A DNA stretch of 64,000 nt from Marsupella aquatica (Eukaryota; Plantae; Marchantiophyta). Of the stretch, positions 37,435-49,700 are shown one piece after another (the first letter of the stretch is position 1; each line of letters starts with the position of its first letter). The stretch spans positions 10,811,832 to 10,875,831 of the forward strand of contig OZ316897.1 of the NCBI GenBank assembly GCA_973895155.1, in the 5' to 3' direction. Under the pieces are notes generated by a model. That model worked only from the letters and a program-made list of their open reading frames with translations, did no database searches and was not told where the DNA came from. Made by a program: the position numbers and the translations under genes.

Positions 37435-38255
37435 GTGCCAAGCTTTTCCAAACAGCCGCAAACCAGCAGAGAACGCGTCATTTTTCCCTTCTCAAAGGAA
37501 GTAATATTCTAGGACAGGCCACTAAACAGCTCCTTCGATTTGCGAGAATATCGTGCAAGAGGGAGATAGGAAGATTTAACTGTGGCCCACATTGCGTTGC
37601 CGTCCGGGCGGAGAAATGGAAGAACGTTCCCAGATTGCACGCTTCTGTAATAAGAATTCGATACTCAGCTTACGACTCGAGTTTGAATTCATTGTTATAG
37701 CACGACACGTCTTTACAGCTAGCAGGGGTACACCAAGGTTCTGTGAGGCCAGGCCATCGTGAATCAAGCATGGAAAAGGAGCCCAGCTGCTGCATTCCAA
37801 CGGCGGCTGCTTTTGGTGAAATGTGCATTGGGGCATTGAGAATTATGGCAGATTTGGGTCAGGAGGTTTCCGTGTAAGATTAGGTAGAATAGCGCGAGCA
37901 AACAAGGGCACCTCTCCACTATAATAAATTCTTGGTGACAGAACTCGGGTATGTAAATGGACACTCCAAGCACGAGTAGAACGAAGCTATTAAATAACCG
38001 GAAAACCACTTTTATACAATTTTCGACAAAGCCTATTCGAACTCACAGAATGTCAGCAGTCAGCCTTGATAGCGAGAGAGGCAAATCATTGAGATTACAT
38101 ACAACCAACTCTACAATTTTACCTTTATACACAAAGGAATGTACATAGCCAGAAAGGCTGCTTTGAAGGAACAGCCCCTTCTCATCATACATCTTCTTAG
38201 CAACTAGGAATTTCCTCATCAATTACTGCATGCAATCAGGTAGCTTCTAAGAATC

Positions 38256-41200
38256 TTAACCTTCAAGCACGACTCCGAAGCAAACATCACACTCAACTGC
38301 ACCAGAACCATCACAATAAGGACATTTCGCCTCGCCCTCGTCCAACCACTCCAGAAACTGCACAAACGAAGACGAGACTGCAGCAATCAGAATCACCTTA
38401 CTGCCGTCACCACCGACCACAGCAAGGCTTCTCTGCACGTTAGCCCTGCAAGGCCACTCTGCACTATAGTCGGGCCATGCAAACAGTCTTTCCACGGAAG
38501 CTCTCTATTACTGCGCTGAAGATTCGAGCAAGAATATTTAGCAAAACCGCCGACATGATTTTTCTTTATCTGTTCGTATTAATAGGCTGCGTGTTTCACA
38601 CACAAAAGCTCAAGATTTCCACACGACCTTCAACTGTTCAAAAAGCTTCGAAGATTTTTCGTACATTTACAACATGAACTTTTTATTAGACAAAGTGCAT
38701 TCGGAAGTCATCAGAAGGAAAACCTCTGCATGCAAGGTAATAAAATATGAACATCAGTACTGATCTTAAAAGCAAGTTTTTTATACCTGCTCCTCAACAT
38801 TGAGATCGCCAGTACCTTCACAATCTGCACAGAAAATATTATGTTAGATACAGTTACTTCATTCTAGCAAATAATGACATTCAACTGTCACATTGAGGCT
38901 GAACTGGGTTTTCATAAAGTTTACAGCTCAAAATATAAAGAGTTTACATGTACCTGTACAAAGCATGGTCCCGATTCCTCTGCATCCAAAGCACATAGCT
39001 CCCACATTCATTCTAGTAATTTGCCCATTTTTTATTCTTTTCTCTTCTTCCTGCTTTTTCTGGACCCTGTCAGGTTCCTCCCATCGGTTCTCCCCAAGAA
39101 GATACACACGCCTTGACGAACCAGTACCCGTTTCCTGGGCATTTGACCGCTCGTATCTGTCAATTTCCCTTTTCCTCGAATCATCACTGGGAGCTGGTTG
39201 CTTAATTTCTGAAGAGCGTTGCTTGGGTTTTGTTGTTTCCACCTGAAGAATAGAACAAAAAGCAGCGCCACAAACATGAATTGAAACTACAGCTCAATTC
39301 TTCAATTCCTCAATAAAACACAGGAAGATTGTGCATATCAGGATTGACTGTTCTAATCGTTCGACTCTCTAGTAGTAGTTTCAATAGCATTGCAATTTCA
39401 GAGCTTCAGATGTCGACTTGTAGTGCAGCACTCAATTAAGTATTGGGATACGATGTGTTCCACTGGATTGGGCCAAAGTCATGACGAATATTATGGAGAC
39501 ATCTTGTGAAAGAAACCTCTGTTGGTAGTTGAACTACAGTACATGGGAACAATCAACACATCTACGCTGGACAGATATGACACATAATTTACCATAGCCA
39601 CAGGTTGGAATTTTGGCTTTGCTCCATCTTTATTGGAGCGGAGCGTGGCGGCTACTTCGGCAAGCAAGGCTGCCATTAATTCCTTAGTGACTTTTCCATC
39701 TTCAGGAACTCCACGTGTTGACTGTAAGCCCACACAACACCCGGAACAAGAGTCAATAACTTAGTCCTTTTGTCACATTTGCTAGGTGAGTCAACAGAAC
39801 AGACCTATCGTCCTCCTCAAATCCTAGCAAAATGAAATATTGGCATGCGCAGAAACACCAAAGGTCAGCGAACAGTAATCAACCTCCTATGAGATACAGC
39901 ATGCAGTCCAATCAAGCCTGACTACCACTCAACCAACCCGTAGCAACCATCAAGTTCCACTCTATCGAGGATGATGGTAATACGGACCTGCCAAGTTTTT
40001 ACTGCACTATCAGTCCCATGTGAGAAGACTGAAAATTCTATATCCTCCTCCCCTGAATAAAACCCTAGTTCAGAAAGGGCGTCCTGCACAAAGTGATGCA
40101 GTCAGGCCATGACCAAGTAGATTCCAAGAGTCCCATGCTTAGGTTCCACAGGAGATTAAACAACGTATCAAATTGAAGACTATTAGAAGTGTTCGAAGAC
40201 AAGAATGTGTATGAAAACCATGAAATGTTGAGCTGCAGTTGAAAGGTGGATTAGTGAAGAATCACAAAACCAATTTAATCCCTGGTCAGTTGCATATTTT
40301 GAATGTACTACTTTCACCTTCCTTGATGCGACTAATTTTATATAGGGGCAACCTCCTTTGCAATCCAGAAGACCATCTTCCTTATATAGGGGCAACCTCC
40401 TCTGCAATCCAGGAGACCATCTTCCTTTGCGACTATTAGATCGTTTTTCACCTCTGAAATTGTTTTTCATTCTTCTCCGAAAGATGACGAAAGCTCTCCA
40501 CCGCTGACAGCTGATGATAGAGGTCTTTCCCCATATGTGATTTATTGCCATACGGGAGAGAGGCAAGGCAGATACAGAGGACCGGTACACACAACGAATG
40601 CCTTCTTGTAGGTGTGAAACCGTCTCCACAGCAAACAAAATCGAGAAGCAGGCAGAGGTCTGGAAAGAACGTTAATAGAGGAAGAATTTTCTCTCATGCA
40701 CATTTGCAGTACTACCAGAGTTCTCCACTTACATGCAGCTCTCTCACATCATCGCCCTCCATTCCAGATTTAATGGTTCTCTTCGTCGCTGTGGCGCCAT
40801 TTGCCGACTTAGAACGGTTGGGAGAAGCTTGAGTCGGAAATGTTGCTCCTGGATCGCTGCCCCGGTCCCGCTTCGGAATCACAACCGCACTAATTTTGTC
40901 TGGAGGTGTCACAGAGCTGCCCGGAGAAACTACAGACTCTGATTTTCCCCCACCAAGTATAGTAGATGATCCTTCAGACAGAGGAACGGCGCCTGTAATC
41001 TGCTTTACTTCCTCAGGACTATCAAGCACAGGCAACTCCAACTCTTCAGAGCCAGGAACAGCTAGTGCTTGGAGAAGATTAGTCATCCCTACGACGAGAC
41101 TTCTGAGGGAAACATCTGTAATCTGCCCTCCGTAGCCCCATGGCGCCCGCAATTCCTCCTCTAGTTCCTTCTTCAAGGCTCTCACCTCTGCCTGCAATGC

Positions 41201-41455
41201 CTGGTTGGCCCCTGTCCAGCGTTCCGCCTCCCTTTCCCATCTCTTCTCCTCTCTCAACCATCTCTGCTCCTCCCTCAGCCATCTCTGCTCGTCTCTCGTC
41301 CATCTCTGCTCCTGTCTCTCGTAGTTCGAATCATTCTGAATCGCTTTCACAATGCTCAGCTGCCGCCTTCTTCCCCACCTTTCTCTTGTCGTCGAAATCT
41401 CCCTAGGCAGCTGGCTGTAGCATGACACCACCCGGAAGCATGAGAGCGTGGACAT
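38256..41455 (-). CDS. PTAC5: Plastid transcriptionally active 5 (coiled coil + peptidoglycan-binding-like domain + DnaJ-type zinc finger), 6 exons, about 458 aa
   Basis: Exons 41455-40733, 40083-39988, 39721-39593, 39242-38954, 38824-38787 and 38357-38256. Transit peptide, (EEQRWLR)n repeat, LGFYSGEEDIEFS..T..AVKTWQ, RVYLLGENRWEEP and four CxxCxGxG-type motifs. Confidence 0.93.
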
Positions 41456-41629
41456 TCGGCGCTGATGGATAGATGTTGCTATGCAAAGCTTTTCTCTGGC
41501 TTCTCCTCGAGCGCAATAATCATGAAAGCCAGTTATCAGAGCTCCATTCCTTCCCTTGCCTTGACGACCTTACAGATTAGTACGCCCTGGAGACAAGTCT
41601 TAATCAGATAGGAAGGACACTACTGACGA

Positions 41630-43925
41630 TTTGACGTGTTTTTGGGTGCTCCTCAGTCCTAAATCTTCCCGACTGCTTTATTAGAATGGGATTTGTTGGG
41701 TGCTCCTCAGTCCTAAATCTTCCCGACTCCTTCAAAATTGGGATTTGCTTAGGTGCTCCTCGGTCCTCACTCCTCAGCCCTCACTCTTCCCGCCTGCGCG
41801 TTTTGTTGGGTGCTCTTCACTCCTCAATCTTCCCAATCTTCCCAACTGCTTTAGGATGGGATTTGTCGCGTGCTCCTCAGTCCTCAATCTTCCCGACTGC
41901 TTCAGAATGGGATTTGTTGGGCACTCCTCACTCTTCTAAACCGCTTTAGAATGGGATTTGGTGGGTGCTCCTCACTCCTCACTCTTTCCAACCTCTTCAT
42001 AATGGCATTTGGTGGGTGCTCCTCACTCCTAAATCTTCCCGACTGCTTCACAATGAGATTTGCTAGGTGCTCCTAACTCCTCACCCTTCCCCACTGCTTT
42101 TAGGATGGGATTTGTTGGGTGCTCCTGAGTCCTCAATCTTCCCAACTACTTCAGAATGGGATTTGTTGGGCACTCCTCACTCTTCTAAATTCTTCAGAAT
42201 TGGATTTCGTGGGTGCTAGTCGCGGAACTCGACCTAACACTTAGCTCTGGCGTCGCTGAGTCCGACGCCGAGCTCCCTTATGGTCCAGGCCCGGATAGGC
42301 CATCCGGGGAGGACTTAGCATGGGGAGACTTGCGGGCAACGAGACGTGGCACTAGCAAAGGCAAGGCGCCAAACTGGTGACACACACTAAGGACTTAGAC
42401 TAGCCGAGAGCTAGTCGGGTCAAGAGGGAAAGGGGCCGGGCTCAAGGTCGATCGTCCGGACCCCCGGACGAACTTTGAATTCTGAGGGCTTGAGTGTGAG
42501 TGCCTCTTGGGCCCAAGGCCAATGGAGTTGATGCCATGGGCGACGGACGCTTGGGGCGTGAGTTACGGCCTGATCCGGGTTTGGCCGATCGGGGAGCCCG
42601 AGTGGCGACGAGACCTGAGGGCCTAGGCATGAGCAATGGGTCGGCCCAATCACAACGGGCTAAGGCACTCCGCTTGCATACGCCTAACGAGAAAGTTATG
42701 GGCATTGCCAGTTGGTGGCGCGCCCAGTTTGCGCAATAGTATCCGGGTTGGAGGCCAAATGTTTAGAGACCAAAGTTGGTTCGGGGGTGGCAGGTCACCA
42801 GAAGCATATATGAGAGGAGTGGTGTCTCCATGGGGGCCAAGGGCGAGCCGAAGTCGTGAGCCGCGGTGGTCGCGACACTAAGGGAAAGCGTCAAACGGAA
42901 ATGGCGATATCTTCCCAACGGGAAGTCCGTTGGAGAACTTCTTGGGTGCGTTGGAAAGCTCTCGAGGAGGGCTACGTCCTCCTGATCTCAGCTGGGTCTT
43001 GGGGTGCCATGGGTTCTCGAGGTTTGCGGGTGTTAGCTCGCCCGCGTGGCTAATCCTGACGAACAGCAGCCAAGCCTCGTTCAGTCTCCCAAGGGAGCTT
43101 TTGTTGGGGAGGCAAGGCCAAGTAGGCATGGAGGTTGAGTTCCAAGGGTGCTTGGCCCCTAGACCATCAATGGGGCGAAGAGTTGGTTGCTAGAGTCGGG
43201 ACCATTCTGGTCCCGGCGTGTTGGGACAAGCTTTAGGACAAGCTACGTTAATTGGGCCATGAGCATGTCCTGCGGTCAGGGCGGTCAGTTGATGATGGAT
43301 AGGTATGAGGGGGAACTCGGACCGCGCCCAAGGAAGGAGCTGTTTTGGACGAACAGTGGGCGTGGGTTCTGGTTCCAACTTATGGCATCGGGAGGACCTA
43401 TCGCTAACCTATTTACCAATGTCTATTGAGCTTGAGTTGGGATGCTAGACTTGGGAGTTCTAGATCCTGAATGGTTACTTACCGAGGTGCTTGGTTGTTT
43501 GTGCAGATTGTGAGGACCGTTGAATAGCGGTCGTGTTGGAGAGCAAGTGCGGCTTCGTATGGGAGGGGCCGCTAGTAGTGCAAGGGGGCACTAGGCTGCT
43601 TGCTCGGGGTATTTTGTGGAGGTGTTTGGGTACTGGGGGCACTTAGGCGTGGGTGCTGGGATCGGTGAGGGCGTCGAGTGGCAAGGTCCACCACTATGCT
43701 CCTCTCTCTTCCCAACCGCTTCATAATGGCATTTGTTGGGTGCTCCTCACTACTCACTCTCATATTGGGATTTGGTGGGTGCTTCTCACTCTTCCCAATT
43801 GCTTCATAATGGCATTTGTTGGGTGCTCCTCACTACTCACTCTCATTTGGGATTTGGTGGGAGCTCCTTACTCTTCCCAACTGTTTCAGAATGGGATTTG
43901 TTGGGTGCTCCTTAGTCCTCGTTCC
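41630..43925. repeat. Degenerate tandem satellite (~42-51 bp unit) interrupted by a Gypsy solo LTR
   Basis: Unit ATGGGATTTGTTGGGTGCTCCTCA(C/G)TCCTCAATCTTCCCGACTGCTTCAGA, about 12 copies left and about 5 right of the insertion. Confidence 0.9.
42218..43695 (+). mobile_element. Gypsy solo LTR (~1.48 kb) with AGT...ACT termini
   Basis: Reverse-complement homolog of LTRs 54069-55787 and 61767-63256. Begins AGTCGCGGAACTCGAC, ends GGTCCACCACT. Flanks GTGCT/ATGCT (TSD, 1 mismatch). Confidence 0.92.
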
Positions 43926-44324
43926 AGACTAGTTCAGAATGAACAATGGCAAAGTACCTATGTCTCACAAAAGTATCATTGGGTATTTCTTATCCCCTCC
44001 CAATCTGTCACATGGAAGGCAAGCGAACGCACCAGATTCTGTTTTACTAGCTCAAATACCCAGGCATGAGTATGCGCACGAAGAGCTCCCTTCGCTCAGA
44101 TTCCCATGGCTGCATGTGCGTACTCACAACTAAGTATACTTAGTCCAGTTGATCCATTTCACTACCAAGTCTCCTCATGTGTGTGCTAGATGTTGCTCAC
44201 TCTGTTTGAAGAGTTTATACTAAGCCAATGGATATAAGCAACTATCATCAAGGTGGGAATGGTCAGGAGCTATCATCATTGCGACAAGGTCATTGTCTTG
44301 GTAGCAACTTAGTGCTAGCTTATT

Positions 44325-45190
44325 AATAGTGTATTTGCCCGATGCCCGTGCGTTGCACGAAAGATGTCGAGGTGATAAAAAGATGTTGCTCAGGTGATAA
44401 AAGATGTCGAGGAGAGAAAAGATGTAGAGTCTTGAGAAAAAATATGTGAAAGAGAGAAAAAGATGTCGAGGTGAGAAAAGATGTTGAGGTGAGAAAAAGA
44501 CATCAAAGTGATAAAAAGATGTAGAGGTGATAAAAGATGTTGAGGTGATAAAAAGATGTCAAGGTGATAAAAGATGTCGAGATTGTGAAAAGATGTTAAG
44601 GTAAGAAAAAGATGTCAAAGTGATAAAAAATTGTAAGGTGATAAAAGATGTCAAGGAGACATTGGTTTAATTGGTGCTGCCTTTTTGAGGTGGCGGACCA
44701 CCTCTCTATTGTGGGTTGCCAGTCCCCTTTGAGCCGCAAGCTCACTCGCCTGCTTCATGCCAAAATGTGGATTGATGACCAGCATAGGAACTGGCTCCGG
44801 CTCGAGGGTGGACGCATCACATCCGGTTGACCCTGTTACTAGGCTGTTGAGGGCTCCTGTTGCTTCTGCTCCCCCTGGTGTTTCCTTTGGTAGCTGGCTT
44901 CTATGAAATTAGGTTCCTTTTTGCTGATTATTGCCTTGCACATATGCGCCTTATGTGGGTGCTTGTTTGCCCTTGCCATGGGGTTTTTTGCGGCCAACAA
45001 ACTTATAAAGTTAAAAATCATTCCAAGGAAAAGATGTCAAGGAGAAAAAGATATTCAGGCAATAAAGGATGTCGAGTTGATTGCACTTACGGAATCATTT
45101 AGTCAAGATAGGTTTTTATAATGTTTGATATATTTGATTATAATGTTTGATATATATATATAACCCATTGCCCGTGCACTGCATGCGCAA
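44325..45190 (-). mobile_element. Possible non-autonomous Helitron-like remnant with internal ~20-bp minisatellite
   Basis: Minus-strand hairpin CGTGCAACGCACG near 44345-44359 followed by a CTAT end (CTAG-like). GAGGTGATAAAAGATGT repeats at 44360-44655. A second similar hairpin near 45170. Confidence 0.4.
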
Positions 45191-45862
45191 TTATTATTAT
45201 TACTGCAACTATTTCATTGTTGCATTTAGTTATCATTGTGACCATTTCATTGTTGTGGCCATTTTATGTTTGGGGCCATTGTGTCCTTGGTCAAATAATC
45301 TGGTCATTGCAAAAAAGAGATTTTCATGTTAGACCCACCTACCCATTATAGCCACATGTCAACTCACATTCAATTTCTAATCACCTTGATATTACAATAG
45401 AATAGTTTTATGGAATGATGTTAGTGCCATAGTCTATGTGTGGGTGGACATTGTCTTTGTTCTTCCTTTCACCAGATCTCATGGACAGGAATATTTAGGC
45501 TTTAAATCCAAGGGTCATAATGAGTTCCCTCCAAAAGTGCATTTTGTAAGCAAATGTCGTGCGGACTCACATTCATACACAACTCACATCACTGCATACC
45601 ATATAAGACATAAAACACTCATAAGTACACACATAACAAAATGCATGCAAGAGTCCACAACCGCCCCCCTAGATGGTGGTTAGGTCCCGCTAACTACAGC
45701 TAGCCCCTAAACTAAAAGAGAGTATGCGCTTTTCAGTGCTAAGATCAGGAGGCTGGGTGCAAATGAGCCCCATCGTTAATCGCCTGCCTACAATCCATAC
45801 TATCTAATAAATCTCACGCTAGCCAAAAGCCAACCTCTACCTACACATAGGACACAATCAAT

Positions 45863-46060
45863 TGTTGAGCATAGACGACACTCGTAACGGTAAGCACATG
45901 ACACATCCAACGCGCAAGTAGTCGACACAAGAGATACGTGGTTCACCTCCTCGAGGCTACGTCCACGGGAACACACAAGAGAGCTTTACTGAACTCTAAG
46001 CCCGTCGGCCATACCAAGTCTCCACAATGTTTAAGCTCTCCTCATCTCTCAAGTGGCTCC
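45863..46060 (-). repeat. Copia LTR 3' half, interrupted by Gypsy insertion
   Basis: TGTTGAGCATAGACGAC... matches the 27307 LTR. Homology ends at GCTCC (46060), where a new TGT begins. Confidence 0.88.
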
Positions 46061-49000
46061 TGTAGCAAGGTGATAAAGAGATAAATGACTATTTACTCCT
46101 TAACAACTCAATTTCGTTCCGGTTAGGAGTGGATGAGATCAAAAAGACCAAATTAACATAATTTGAGAAGTTTTCACCAACATTCTCTAGGTTGGAGAGA
46201 TTTCTAATGATCTTCTTAACATAAGTGTTTAACCACAACTCAAGTGGGTAATCCTTAGGATTCACAGTGCAATAATAAAGACTAGAATTAACAAAGATTG
46301 AAACTAGAGGGAGAGTAGATAGGAGTTTTCAAAGTGCAAGGGAATTGAATTTATGACCATCACCACTCCTTCAATAAGGATTATGGCCTAATTTAAGATT
46401 CAGAAATCAACATTTTCTATGCTTTTTGATTTTCTCGTAGCAACTCTTCTCCATCTATTGAATTTAGAAGACATGAATGTAAATCAACTCGGGACACTTT
46501 TCTGGTCTTGTTGAGGACGGTACTAGGATACTCGAATTGGCTTACTTCTCCTACAATCCTTAAGATTGCTTGTTTGAGTTTTGTGCAAATGTCAATTTCC
46601 TCTTTGGTGAATCTTCCAAATGTATTGGTCACAAACCTCATTGATCTTCCAATATCATTAAGGCACACTCTAGCATTCCTTGAACACTTCACAACAACTC
46701 AAGGGTTGCTAAACTTCTTCCTTTTACTCAACCATGGTAAAAAGAAGGGAAGAAAAGGCATAGATTCCTTCAAAGGCAATGAGGAAATTAAATGTATATT
46801 TTCTCTCCATCTTTGACTTCGAGTTCTCCTCCTTTTATACTAAAAGAGGAAATTATGAAAAGACATGCCTTTTCAAAACTCAAGTCTAAAGGAATATGTA
46901 AACAAATGTAAGCTACCCTAGTCAAAAATGGAGTAGAGTCTCCAATAACTACATAAACAAAATACTGAAGTCTACTTACTCATATACTAATCTATATAGC
47001 TATTTCTAGGTCTAAACTAATGTGGCTCCAACTCTCTAAATATAACTCTATTCTGGTCCTAGCTTTTGGGAAGGAACCTCCTCAGGGTTAGCCATGGCAA
47101 GGGGTTCTGGTCGAAGGAAAACTCCCTGTTGGCCAGTGGTAAAAGGGATGGACGGGTCAATATCCATGTTCTCCTGTTGAGCACTTGGGTCATGAGAATA
47201 AGTGTAAGAATGGGAGTGGAAGTGTGTACTGGGAGTGGGGAAACCAGGAGGGTTGAGGGGTGATGAGGGGCCAGTGGAATAGACTCCTTCATGAGGACTA
47301 GGAGAGAAAGACCTGGTAGTAAAGGGAGGAATCTCAGTATCAGCTAATAGCTCCTCTGTAGTCAAGTCACTCATCTTCCTTAAGGCTTCATAGGTCTTTG
47401 AGAGGCCTGCAAGTGCATCATCCACCTTGGCACTCACATCTACCACTAAATGGTTAATCTTGGAGAAAAGGATGGGTGTGGTGTTCTTGGCCAAATACTC
47501 ATCATAAATCTGGGCCTTAAGAAGATCCAGAGAAGCTATCTTAGTCAAAGGTTCAATCAGATCCAAAGATTGAGTGATACTGAGTTGGAGAGTATGCTCA
47601 AGCTCATTCTTCTTCTTACTCCTTTCCAACTGCTGTTTGAGTTCAGATACCTTCTTCTTGAGGAACTCATTCTCCTTCTCCAACTTCCTCTTATCTGTGG
47701 CATCACTCATGGTGGAGATCTTTTCAAGAATCTGCCTTGGTTTCACTCCTAACTTCTGAGAAATGTCAGTGATGACCTTCTCCATCACAGTGGTCTTCCT
47801 CTTCACCTTCTGGAATGTGTCTGAGATTTTCTGGAAATCAGCTAGGGTGTCTTGGGAGGCATGGCCGGGTGCATCCGGAAATTCAGCCGGGTCGACAAAG
47901 GCCGGGTCGGCAAAGTCCGGGTCAAGGTTCCAGGCAGCAGACCGGGTCTTTCGAGGATTTGTCTCTACTGGTTCCTCATCCTCACTGTCATCAGAGGTGG
48001 CCTAGGTGATATCTGGATCTGCCTCTCCATACTTTATGAAGTTGAACTTGGCCAATAGTAACTTCTTCTCCTCTCTGAACAAGACTCCTTCAAAGCTATA
48101 TAGATGTACCAGGTAGCAGGAGAGTGGAGTAGGACCCTTGTTGGACAGGTTCTGTACCAACTTCCTTATCAGATCAAAGATAAGCTTAGCCCAGTTGACT
48201 TTTCTTTCTCCCTTGTAAGCAGCAACAATGGTAGAGCCAACTCCAACAGTAACTCTTCTTGGCTTCTCAGGATACAGCAGGGGTAGTAGGAAGCTGAAGA
48301 CTCGTTTCAGATCAAGATCCAAACACTTAGAAACATTGAACCCGTCTTTACTGTTGATGGCTCCTTTGAAGTAAGGAAGGATTAGATTGACAGCTCTCCC
48401 CACTGGACCTTCTCCTTCATCCTCTAATACAAAAGCTCCTGCAACCATCATCTGAGTCCATCGCTCAGGTCGGCCTCTGGAGGTATCCTTAAACTCAGCT
48501 GGACACTCCTTGGATCGGATCTCTCTGATCATATCTTTGCTATGATAACTCCAGGGTAGCTCCATCTGAGACTCACAGCCCATCCTGAGCAAAGACTCCC
48601 TCAATTTGACCTTCTCAACTTCACTGTTCGGAATAGTTGGCCTCAAAATTTTCATGGCAATGGGGACCTCCCTTCTCTTCGATCATCTCACAGGGGCTTT
48701 AATCGGAGTGGGTGTAGGTGATGTTAAGGTTGAATGCCCCTTAGAAACGCGATAAGTGGACATTCCGGCTGGATCCGCCCCTTGCTCCATAGGATTGCTG
48801 GAAGCAACAAATTGATTTCAAATAAATGGTCTGCCTTCTCTACGGTGAGCTCTACAAATCTACGACTTCAGAATGTTCAATCGCTTCGGTGTCGACCAAT
48901 GGTAGAAATATCCGGGTCAACCTAGCCGCAGCGTTTCTGATCAATTGACAAGCTTTTCTGGAGAAGTGTATCAAGATTCTGTCAACCAAAATGCAGGTGC

Positions 49001-49659
49001 ATCAAACTTGGGGAAAAGCTAGACTCAATCGGGCCTGCAATGGTGATGTCCGGGTCAAACTGGCCTCCCTTGTTACAACCGATGTATCCACGATTAGGAT
49101 CTCAAACTTCCTGCCTTCACTCCCAGTGGTGGAGTAGGCATTCCCCTCACAACGAACCAGTCAGTACCCTCATATCCAGGCTCTCATCATGCAATGCAAG
49201 ATTGGTCCTATAATCCGGACCCAAGATCCTCTACCAAAAGGGTATAGCCTCCTCACTTTACTGCTTAAACAGCCTAATGCGCTCGGGAGCTCAAAACCTA
49301 CTAAGTTTAGCTTTGAGAGGTGTGAGAGGCCGGATCGACTCTACTTCCTTATATCCGGATTCTGCTGTGGTCGTGCTTGTGTTTAACTTATGGTTTTAAA
49401 AACTTTGGCAAAGGACAGCTATTGTTCAGTAGAGTCGCGTTGTAAGCTTTTATATCTCACCACAGCTTATAGTAAAAAATTCCGGGTCGATCCTCCTTCT
49501 CTAATGTCAATCCGGGTTGACCTTAGATGGGCTTGAAAGTCTCATACCACTTCAAAGTAGTTTTTAGGTCCCTCTTCAGCCTCATTTGAGATCTTAAACT
49601 TAATAATTCTAAAATTTATGGTTAGTTAACCCTTCTTTCATAAACATCCTTATCTCACA
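46061..49659 (-). repeat. Putative 3.6-kb 3' LTR containing an accessory ORF
   Basis: Bounded by PPT+TGT and ACA at the host junction. TATAAAAGG at 46839-46831. The partner LTR is not in the window. Confidence 0.6.
47048..48655 (-). pseudogene. Retrotransposon accessory protein (helical N-domain + acidic linker + coiled coil + Pro/Ser tail), one in-frame TAG
   Basis: ORFs 48002-48655 and 47048-47806 are in frame and open across 48001-47807, separated only by TAG at 48004-48002. Confidence 0.75.
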
Positions 49660-49700
49660 TAGCCCCCTCCTCAACTGGTGCAGCGCCCTCACAAACCTCA

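Noticed and set aside
41630-43925. CRISPR-like array
   Set aside because: Units are contiguous degenerate repeats with no unique spacers, no cas genes, and a eukaryotic context. The same applies to 44360-44655 and 53640-53983.
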